A stretch of DNA of 62,240 bases, counting the filler, from Platydemus manokwari (Eukaryota): the NCBI GenBank assembly GCA_037951405.1. It is 5 parts of 5 records of this genome, joined end to end, with 100 filler letters (N's around TTAATTAATTAA, not from the genome) between each part and the next. Parts side by side here need not be neighbours in the genome. Positions count along the whole stretch, not along the records: positions 52,648 to 62,240 come from JBBMOY011227987.1; 4 more parts are not named here. The stretch is one strand, 5' to 3'. The notes under the pieces are model-generated. The model was not told the origin of the DNA. It saw only the letters and a program-made list of their open reading frames with translations, and did no database searches. Shown one piece after another: positions 52,648-62,240 of the stretch (positions are counted from its first letter, which is position 1; each line of letters opens with the position of its first letter). Made by a program: the position numbers and the translations under genes.

Positions 52648-54278
52648 CCCACTACTCTAGCGAATGTTCCCTTATCATCAAATATTAACGGGGCTATAAG
52701 TTCCGGATTTGTCACTGCCAACGCTAACTTTGTCTGCAACACTTTCCTCCTTAGTTTACAATCGTTTAACATCATTTCCATATACATTTTCTCTAAATAC
52801 CCTTGGTTGAGATGGTAAAAATAGTCAAGCTTGTTGTTAAAAAACTGAGATAACTTGATATCCAGTTTATCTACCGTTGTCTTAGCATCTTTTATCTCGT
52901 TCGTACTTAAATATATACCTTTATAGTTTGTTGCTATAACCTGCTGTGCACATTTCTTATCTATTCCCTTGTGAACAAACCTCATGGCACTACTCGTCTG
53001 GTCGGCCATGTACACTATTGGTGTTTCTTTCATCCTAATTTCTACTGTCTCTGTTGGTGCATCCAAATTCAGTTCCTTGGAGAACTTAGTTTCTTTGAAC
53101 ATCTTTCCTTTAATTTCTCTAAATTTTGTCTTTTTGAGCAACGTTAATGGGCATTTGTACGGATTATTTTTATACATAATTAACGATTCCCCTGTATCAC
53201 ACGTTGAATTATCATACTCGCAATGCCTCCACGTGGTCATTCTCTTTGTTTTTGCATCAAATATAGCCTGATATTCCCACAATTCTATAATATAATGCCT
53301 ATATGCCACCACGTTTTTTACTTCTTTTCCGTCTATCATGTTGTCTTCTCCCTCACTATTTCCCCCATGACTAGACCATCCTGCTTGATTTACCGTATAT
53401 CGGTTTATTCGTCCTGGAGCCACTATCACTTGTATCCCTTTTGGTATTTGGTAAGTTCCCTTTTCGAATGCGGCTTTGCAACTTTCTACCGAAGGTATTT
53501 CCGGTACTGGCAACCATGCGGGTACCAGTGTTACTGTGTATCCTCCTCTCTTGCATGAACAATGGAAAAGCATTTCTTGATATGCTATCTTCCATTCCCT
53601 TGCTTTTTCAAATAAAAATTCGGATTCCTGATACACATACATTTCCTTTGGTCTCGATTGTGTAATATTCACTGGGTATGTCTCCGGGCATTTTACAATA
53701 TCCAATAGAGAATTTTTTTCCCCCATCGTGCTACAGTCATATCCACTAATTCCAGCATTCACGCCACCTATATTACTTATCACATATATCGCGAATAACG
53801 TCTGCACTATTGTTGCCAATGTAAATCCTGCTCCTCGTACCGTTGTTTCACGCTCTGGCTTTCTCATTCCTTTTAATAACGTGGTAACTACTGGGGTCCA
53901 TCCCCCTAACTCGTTTACCATGTCTTCGTATTCATCAAATATTATTTCTGCTTCTTCGTCAATGTTTATTACACCCTTATCAACGTGATTGCTCAATGTT
54001 CTCAGCGTGAGTGCTATTTTTCCCACTGTTTTTTCTCCTTCATTTAACGACTTCATCACTATTTTAAACTCCTCTTTGTTATTGCACTGTTGCATTTCTT
54101 TTAATGAATTTTTAATTGGTTTTGTTAGCTTACTTAACCTATTCACTTGCTTCCGTTCGTTCCACCTGAGCGTACATGGTAATTTATTTACTGCTCTCAC
54201 ATACTGTCTCATTTTTTCCATTTCTTTGTCTTCTTTTTTTAGGTCTATTTCCTGATGTATGCTGAAAGATTGTTCCAC
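52648..54278 (-). CDS. env: Envelope glycoprotein, chuvirus-G / herpes gB-type (class III fusogen), 3'-truncated
   Basis: A hydrophobic signal (FTLATIVQTLFAIYVISNIGGVNA) is followed from 53753 by GISGYDC...SLLDIVKC...CKAAFEKG...CEYDNSTCD...CPL...KCAQQVIATN...NNKLDY...CKLRRKVL..KLALA..NPE.IA.LI...GTFARVVG. This is the Cys/motif pattern of chuvirus-like glycoproteins (GYDC..SLLD..C; C...L...LA..P.....G..A...GE). Confidence 0.85.
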
Positions 54279-57200
54279 TGGTACTTGGTCTGTTTTCTTC
54301 TATTCTATTTACGGGTATCCTAACCGATTCTGGATTTTTCGCTTTATTTGTTGATCCTACTGGTCTACCACGCCTTTATCTTAGGTTTCTGCATTAGTTT
54401 GCTGTGAAGTATGTGTTTGTTGGCTTTCATTTAATAATTCTGGATCAAGATATTGGAATAGTTCCTCATGATTGTCGTATCTCTCATGATTTTCTTCTTC
54501 TAGCGCTTTTGGCAATTCCTCTTCTTCTTTCCTTGGTGGCTCTATTACCTCTTTTTCTCCATCACTTATTTCCTCTAATATGACGTCCTCCTCTTTTTCT
54601 ATTGTTTTACTACACTCTCCTTCTCTATACAGATATACTATTTTCTTTCTTGACACATTTTCTTGCTCCTTGCTAGTACTGCTTTCTAGCTCCAGTGCCT
54701 CCTTTTGCTCCTCTTTAATTATCTCTTCTCGTGGTTCCGATTTTTCTTATATCCTTTCTTATTTGGACACATATTTCTGCTTTCCTATACATCCTAGACA
54801 TAAGTACTTCTTTTCTATTTCTTTTTGTAGCTGATTCTTTGGCATTCTTTCTATCATATCCCTTCTACTATCTCTTTTCTTCGTTCTCAATCCTAATGCC
54901 TTCAAAAAGTCCTCATTGGAATTTAATTCACTTGATTTAGAGTTTGCTGATTTTGGAGATTTCGCCTCACTACTTTTTGTTACTGGTTTCACTTCTTCTT
55001 CGTCCAAATCCACTCCTATTATTTGATTGGCATTTATATATAATTCCCTTATTTCTTTTTCAACCGGTTCCTTATACTTAATCAGGACTCCTAAATTATT
55101 TAAAATTGCACGGTTTAAATGATATTGTTCTAACAGATCTCTACTTCTCAGTCTTACCCCTTTGTTATAAAGTGTAATACTTAATTTATTGACATGCTCT
55201 CTCATTAGGAAATTTTGTCTAATGTACTCCTTCATTGTTTCCACTACCACGTCTCCTGGGCAACTCATTATGTGATCTTTCTCCTCTGTCCACGGACTTT
55301 CCAATATCTTCAATTTAAACGGGTAACAGTTATAATCCATTCTACCCCTATGTCTTAAATAGACTCGCTTTTCTGATAACTCATAATCCTTTAATTGACT
55401 CCCTTCTACAAATAATTCTTCCCTTCTTTCTCACGTTTTATAATGATACATGAGATATCCATTCTCATTCCTATCTGGCCATAGTTCATCTGCCCAATTT
55501 AATATGAATCGTATTTCTGCCGTTTCCAACATTCTTAAATTTTCCACATGTGGCTGTCCGTGCTGTCTCGCCACTAGATGCAGGTGTATTACTTGCTAAT
55601 TGTTTATTGTTGCAGGTAATTCTCCCCATTTTACATCATGCGTGAATGGTAGTTCTGGAATGGTTGAACTATTGAACGGTCTCCATTTAAAAAACGTTTT
55701 AGCTTTTCGTGTCTCCCATGTTGATCCTTTTCCTTGATGGATCATGACCTCCACAACATTTCGTCTTTTTCTTTTTATTAAATAATGTCTGCATGTTGTG
55801 TCATCTTCAATAAACATACCGCGGTGTATTAGCTCTACCAAGAATGGTTTGAACGTTACAAATGGCCACATTGCCGTTGCCATCTGTCGTTATCTTCGTA
55901 TACTCTCTAATTCACTCCTCATCCAAAAGTCATAAAGTTGTCGTCTCTTTTTCAGGCTTGATTTATCTTTATGTCTTTTCGTCTCAACATCGCTTGTATT
56001 TTTTCCTGTGTTTCTACCGTGATTTTTTCTTCACCTAATATTGATATTATTACCCGCAACTTTTCCATTTCGTCTCTTGCATCTGGCTTCCTGACACACC
56101 TCATCATATTCACTCCCTTAAATTTTTTCTTCCTTCCGCCATTCGCTTTTTTTATAATAATATGCACTATAATGCGCGATTATAGTTAGTTCATTATGCA
56201 TTTTTTGCGTCATCCCTAAATCACTTAATATTACTTCTTCTGTGACTGGTGTTCCCTTATGCCATGTTTCTACTCCGCATTCTGGATTTTCCTCATTAGG
56301 CCAAAATCCAAATGACCATTGCAATATCTCGCTTATACTTGTATCATCATCTATTGTGAGCGACTTTATTGTTGTTCCCCCTTTATTATTTTTTAAATTT
56401 ATTTGCAACGTTAGCTTTCTTTCTTCGTGCGTTAGCTCCTCACAATGGCTTCCTGGATATAATTTGACAATTCCATTTTCTATTATTCCATTTGGATATC
56501 TCTTTGGTTTTTTCATTACCACTTTTCTGTTTATCTGTCCCCGTCTTCCTTGCATGAACATTATTATTTCATCCAAACCCGGTACCCATTCGTCTGTCTA
56601 TCCTGTATATTTATATTTCCATCTCTGCTCCATTAACAATTCCAATTCCGGTACTGTCTCTTTTCCCTTAGTGGTTATCCACTCGTAGTGACTATCCTCT
56701 TCTTCGCTTACCATTTGGAACTCTATTATCACTCTTCCTTCTGCTCTTTTTAAATTATCTCTTCTTCTTTCTATATCATCGAAAGCTACTCCTCCTCTAA
56801 CCGTAATCTTTATTTGTCCCCTATATCCGTATACTGGCTGTGTTCTTATCCTTATTTGCTCTGCTTCCCTTAACACTGGGCATCGTTTAGCTACATCCTT
56901 GTATATCCTATTCATCGAATCATTCAGATTTATTTTCACATAAATTTGTGTCTTAACTCCATATCTATCTTCTACCAGAATTGCCAATTCGTATTCTCCT
57001 TCTTCTACGTTTCTTCTGGGCTCTTCTTTGTCATCCATTTTATCATATATTCCTTTACTTTCTAATATTTTCATCATCAGCTGTTCTGCCCATACTTTTT
57101 TTTCTAAATAGTTTGTTTCCATGGTATTTGCCCATTCCGGGTATGTGACTACAACTGTATCTCTTCCTTGTGGTATTGGTAATCTTTTGCATGTTCCTAT

Positions 57201-59001
57201 TATTTCTCCTTTTTCTTCCTCTTTATTCATTCCTATCATCGACTCTTCCATTATTATCTTGCTTCCTGTTGCTGTTAACTGAATTAATGAGTATCCTGCT
57301 TTCTTTCCCAGTTTCTTAACTCCTACTAAACTCTGAAATTCAAGAGCATTATTTTTTCTGAAAAACGGCATCCCTATTCTCAGTTTCTCTTCCTGTGTTA
57401 ATAATCTTTTCAATCGGATTATTACGCTTGATGGTTCTAATTCACCTTCTCGTATGTAATCTTCTGCACATTCCACTATTCTCCATACTTGAGGATCGAA
57501 ATTTCCTTCTCTTCTTTCTCTAATTCTCTTTTCACTTGATGTTTCATTCATTAATTCCCTAAATATATCTATCAACGTCTGTACATTAATGTGATCCCTA
57601 TTATCCTGTGTTAACTTCATCCACAGGCCATCTTTATCTTCCTGTGGCAACTGTTTCCATATCCTATCCATTTTTTCATCGATATTTCCATATCCCTTTT
57701 CACATCTTCGTAGCTTTTCTACAAGCTCGTCCATGGCTTGATAATCAATTTCCCTATCAACTAAATATTGTCCTGCATATCCAACATCCCTATTGCCTGT
57801 AGCGTGTCCTTGCATTGTTACCATTTTCGATGGGACGTATACTGGTGATGTTGCTGACACATTTAAAACCTTTGGCACTATTCTTTCAATTATAGGCATT
57901 GTTAGAGCTGGTTTTACTGGAATATTGTACAATATGAGCGCTACTGCTACTTTGTATTGCTTTTTCCTTATTATCTTCTTGAACCTGCTTTTCTTGTATC
58001 TTTATCATCCCGTCTTCCTCCTTTCTATCCTGCGATTCATCAATTACCCGTTCGTGATTTCACATGCTATATTTTACTGGTCTTCCTTTCTCCTCTGTGA
58101 CATCCACTGATTGGACATCTTGTTTTTCTTCCCTTATCTCATTAACTTCCTCTAATGAACTAACTTCTTCCATATCTGATTCTGCTTCTGTCTCCAATTT
58201 GGTGCTATTTTCATCCGCTGTCGCCTTGTTTGACACCTCTTCACCTTCTTTTTCCACTAATTGGTCTCCTGTTTCTGCCAGCTTAAACTCTTCCTTATTT
58301 ATGTTAACATTCTCCCAAAATTGCTCATATAAGGGTATTCCCGTTATTTGACTTAACGTGTAGTTCATAAACCTTATAAACCTCACATTAATTTTATCCT
58401 TGTCTCTTTGTGTTAAACTTTTCCATGATGTATTATATTTTTCTATCTCAACATATTTTACCCAGAATTGTCTATATTTCTTTATCTGCCCCACTAATTT
58501 GTCATTATCTACCTCATACCATAAATCACTACCATCTCTTCTAACAAAGATTTCCCATGACGGTTTATAGGTTTTACTGCCGGCATCATCATCGGGCTTA
58601 CAACCAGCGTCATAATGGGTTTCCATAATAAACAACTCATCCATCGAATTCAACTTCAATTCTTTTACTGTGGGCATATTTTCTAATATTTCTTTTACTA
58701 ACTCCTTTTCTTCTTGATCACCTTTCTGCTTCATCGCCTCCATTTCTTGCTCGCTATTAATCATACATATGTTGAGAGCTTCATCTTCCTCCCCATAAAA
58801 TGTTTCTTGTCCTGGCTTCAAATTGTTTACCGACGGTTTCAGCATTGGCTTGGTGTGAATTATTGCGTACATATTATCTGGCTCATACTGTGAAAAACCT
58901 TGATCTATTATATATGCATTATCTGGTAATTCATCAAACTTGAAGAATATTGCCATTTTTTCCACTATCCTATTCTTCTCTTTTTCCATATACTGTGTCA
59001 C
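54279..59001 (-). pseudogene. Retroelement accessory polyprotein region: orphan domains, possible inactive protease-like segment, four ubiquitin-like domains, AT-hook
   Basis: ORFs 58060-59001, 56598-57932, 56118-56576, 55952-56167, 55596-55883, 54759-55340 and 54381-54656 join through one or two in-frame stops or single frameshifts. No RT (Y/FxDD in context), RNase H or integrase motifs were recognised. Confidence 0.7.
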
Positions 59002-59639
59002 TAATTTCCGTATTTTCCTAACCTTTTCTACCTATTGTATCGCTTTATCTGTTTTCTTTATTATTGTCAACGGTTTGTTCTCCTTATTTTTCTTCTTATT
59101 GAAATTTTCGTACTCCGTGTTCATACATACTACCTTTGACTCTACCACTTCCGCTAATCGTGTTGCTAATTTTTTTCTTAATGTTTTCACATCATTATGT
59201 GCCACCGCTTCTATGGCTTTTTGAGATCCCTGTGGACTGTTCTGCCTTTGTCTACACGTGGTTATTGCATGTCCAAATTTATTACAATATTCACACTGGA
59301 TTCTTCCATTGCTATTCACCCTATCTCTTCCATAATTACTGTATTTTGTTTGATTATTGTCATAATTTCTTCTGTTATATCTTTCTGCTGATTGACTTCT
59401 GGGTCTATTACCCCTTTGCATTTCATTATTATTATTAGAATTATTATAATTGCCTCTATAATTTCTTCCTTGGTCATCAAAATTTCGATTAAATTGTGAA
59501 TAGTTATCATTATTATTATTTCCCCTGTAAACACAATTATTCGATGAGCTTCTGCTCCTATTATCATTATTATTCCTATTTGGACATCCATTTCTATCAC
59601 CATTATATCTATTGTCACTATATCTTTGTTCATTTCGCC

Positions 59640-59655
59640 TATAATAATAATAATA

Positions 59656-59708
<53 letters not shown>
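59640..59708. repeat. AAT/TAT microsatellite inside gag (poly-Asn, poly-Tyr)
   Basis: Trinucleotide run, in frame with gag. Confidence 0.95.
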
Positions 59709-59709
<1 letters not shown>

Positions 59710-60503
59710 CCTTCGGTATATATTGTCATTATACCCCCGATCATTTTGTCGATAGCTACTATAATTATTATTCCTATTATTATCCCGACTCCTCGCGTAT
59801 TCATTATTAACGTTCCACTTTAGGCTACTTTGAAATTGCGTTAAAATTCTACTTAATTCGGACCATTTTACATTCAAATCAGGGTCCTTTTCATCCTCCT
59901 TTGTCACTCTTTGACTTGACTTGGGCGGCGGGCTCAATCGCTCCGGTTCCGCAAACGTTACAGCATTCACTACAGGGAAACTCATCCCACAGTATTAAAT
60001 CCTCTATTGTTGCACATTCCGCTATTGCTAGTATGCTCTTGAACGCACTATTGATTCCTCGTTTAAATTGATCCATAATTATTCTTCTTCTTCCTTCTTT
60101 TGTAATCAATGTATCATCATACGCTTTTTCAGCCAACCTAGTTAATTCCATGGCATATTCTTGCGTTCCTTCTCCTGAACGCTGATACCGATCCAAAAAT
60201 TGTCTGGCATAATATTCATGAAGATCCGAATCCAATACTATCCGTTTTCTTAATCCCTTAATTATATCCTTAAAAATTACTTCACTCCTCTGTAAATTTT
60301 TATCTGTCTGCATCATATTTTGTTGCTCTTGGAGGGCATAGCCCTTTAAATATAGCGGCAACCGCATTACTTTATTATTATTAATCCATCTATGAGCCGT
60401 AGCAATACACTCGAACTCCTCAAAAAATCGTCAAATAGCTCTTGCCGACCCTCAAATGGGGTTATAGACAAATAAATTAATTTACCGAACTCGTTGTCCG
60501 CCA

Positions 60504-60530
60504 TATTATTATTATCATTATTATTATTAC

Positions 60531-60579
<49 letters not shown>
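60504..60579. repeat. AAT microsatellite inside gag N-terminus (poly-Asn)
   Basis: Trinucleotide run, in frame with gag. Confidence 0.95.
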
Positions 60580-60580
<1 letters not shown>

Positions 60581-61417
60581 TCGTTACTCATCTCTTCGTC
60601 CCTATGTATCTCTATATCACTATCTATTATTGTTTTTTCCAAGCTCGAATCACTATTTTCCTTAGAATTTGAACTACTATCTCCTGATTTTATCGTATGC
60701 TCACTTATATCACCACTTATTTCTTTCAAACTATCCGTTGATTCACTATTTTTCTCCTTTACTAACGATTGGCTTCTTGATAAGCTTCTAGTCATTCTTC
60801 GAGTTCCTCGTGACTCTTTTATTATCTTCGCTGTTTCACCTATGAAATCCTTTTTTCTCGACAGTTTGAATATATAGTTGTTTTACAATATATCAAAAAT
60901 ATGCACTATTATATATATTGTTGGGGTTTATAAGTGTTATTATCGATCTCTGATCTTTTCCAACTTATGTTTTTATTTGTTTTTTAAACACCTGACTCCA
61001 AAGGTGCTGTGTAACTATGCTTTGAAAACAACCGAGTTTGTTAAAGATATATTTAAATAATAATTATAATCTGTATAAATACTTAGTTACAATTTTTATG
61101 AATAAAACAAGTTTAATAAATTATGACAAATAACCAGGTTTGGCTTAGGGGTTCTTAATTTACGATTAATTATAATTCGAAGACTTTATTGACTCTATGC
61201 AGATAGAGCTTGTAGTTTTAGAGGTGGTCTCTTAGGTTTCCCAGTAAGAGCCCTAAAGTTTCTAATTTATTAGAGGTTAGGCCTACGTGGAACCGCAACC
61301 TCTTAGACTAGATTTGTTGGTTATTTAGAGTTTAATAAATTTAGTCTCTAGATGAACTGGGTTCAGTCTAGAGCAAATGTGTAATTAGGATAGAATAATT
61401 GTCAAACTGTTAATTTG

Positions 61418-61426
61418 GGGCCACCA
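61418..61426 (-). promoter_or_regulatory. Candidate primer-binding site (tRNA-Ile-like)
   Basis: Minus strand TGGTGGCCC is complementary to a tRNA 3' end ...GGGCCACCA and lies about 620 nt upstream of gag. It is not directly preceded by the canonical LTR-terminal CA. Confidence 0.5.
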
Positions 61427-62240
61427 GAACAACAGAATAGAGTTGTTGGTTGAAGTTAAGTTGTATTAAGCTGTTGATACGATGCACTGTAAAATAAACT
61501 CCAGAATAAACTAAATTAATTAGTAGACAAATTCACTGATATTAAATATGCAATCAAATAATTCTTTAACGTAGATACGTATACAAATTCAAAGTTAACT
61601 TATAAAAAGAATATGTACTCTAGTTCAAAGTTAATTTATAAAAGATTACTGAACAATAAAAATATTACTGAACAATAAGGCTTCCTATTTTCCTTTTTTC
61701 TTTAAGTTTTTAGAAAGCAGTTTTCTTGATATTATTGAAAAGAATTATTATCGGAGCTGAAAATGCTTGGAGTTGATCACGGACTATTTTTGGAGATGAT
61801 GAAAGAACAATTCGGAGTTGAAAAGTTTTATTTCTTTTCTTCTTTTTCTTAGGGTTTTTATATCAGTTTTATAGATTGATATTAGATAATTTATTTCCTC
61901 CGTAAATAGCAGCTTGTTGTCAGTAATTATCTTTTTGGTAATTGAAACGGTTCGCTTTAACCACAAAATTGTTGATACAAGATAATAGTTTGACAGCTGC
62001 TTTCCAGTAATTATCGATTTCCTCTTAATCAGAGTTTGGCTTGGATTTGTTAAAGATTCGTTGTCGTTATTATCAACTAGTATATTAGAAAAATTGTGCT
62101 TTTTATACTTTTTCTTTTATTAATTTATTTCTTTGTGGTTTATTTTTATTGTTTCTTATTTCTATTTTTAATAAAAAAACTCATTGTTATGATTTTTAGT
62201 GGGGGTCTATTAATACCGCAAAGTAATTTGATTTTGAAAT

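Larger units (their letters stand above)
59032..60795 (-). pseudogene. gag: Ty3/gypsy-type gag (capsid + nucleocapsid) with two frameshifts (~60420, ~59990)
   Basis: Capsid pattern ITPFEG...FDDFLR/FECIATAHRW...RLPLYLKGYA...YQRSGEGTQEYAMELTRLAEKAY...IMDQFKRGI. An N/R/Y-rich linker precedes the CX2CX4HX4C knuckle CEYCNKFGHAITTC at 59295-59254. Confidence 0.9.
52648..62240 (-). mobile_element. Large env-containing Ty3/gypsy-like LTR retroelement, decayed, truncated by the gap on its 3' side
   Basis: About 8.2 kb of near-continuous, purine-rich minus-strand coding sequence (gag, accessory domains, env) broken by a few stops and frameshifts. A candidate PBS lies at 61418-61426. The 5' LTR is presumed to be 61427 to the window end, but no second LTR is visible. 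Confidence 0.85.

Noticed and set aside
52984-60877. Many plus-strand ORFs (e.g. 56242-56688, 59496-59810, 60494-60877) and the poly-Ile ORF 59316-59804
   Set aside because: They are antisense or alternate-frame shadows of the retroelement coding strand and the AAT microsatellites.
1-62240. CRISPR arrays, rRNA or tRNA genes, prokaryotic operons
   Set aside because: None seen. The spliceosomal introns and transposon content show the DNA is eukaryotic. The remaining short ORF-track entries are consistent with chance ORFs in AT-rich sequence.

Overview
This is very AT-rich eukaryotic genomic DNA. It is most likely from a planarian/triclad flatworm, inferred from 49-59 nt introns, a Schistosoma 28-kDa-type GST, a flatworm-type orphan GPCR and AAT microsatellites. 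Five contigs are joined by artificial 100-nt gap linkers (N44-TTAATTAATTAA-N44). Host genes: an intronless rhodopsin-type GPCR (-), an intronless RacGAP1/CYK-4-like RhoGAP lacking the arginine finger (+), a 4-exon sigma-class GST (-), the first exon of a secreted Cys-rich protein (+), and two isolated exons of an SLC12 K-Cl cotransporter (-) that the ORF track misses. Intergenic DNA holds many MITEs and transposon relics (mariner/Tc1, hAT, piggyBac, pogo-like, Penelope-like). The highlight is the last contig (52648-62240, minus strand), a large, decaying Ty3/gypsy-like endogenous retroelement. In order it carries a candidate tRNA-Ile PBS, a hairpin-rich leader, gag (capsid + CCHC knuckle), about 4.7 kb of accessory coding sequence, and a chuvirus/herpes-gB-type class III envelope glycoprotein. 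The accessory region includes four ubiquitin-like domains and an AT-hook. No RT, RNase H or integrase motifs are recognisable between gag and env. All protein family calls come from visual motif recognition, not database searches.
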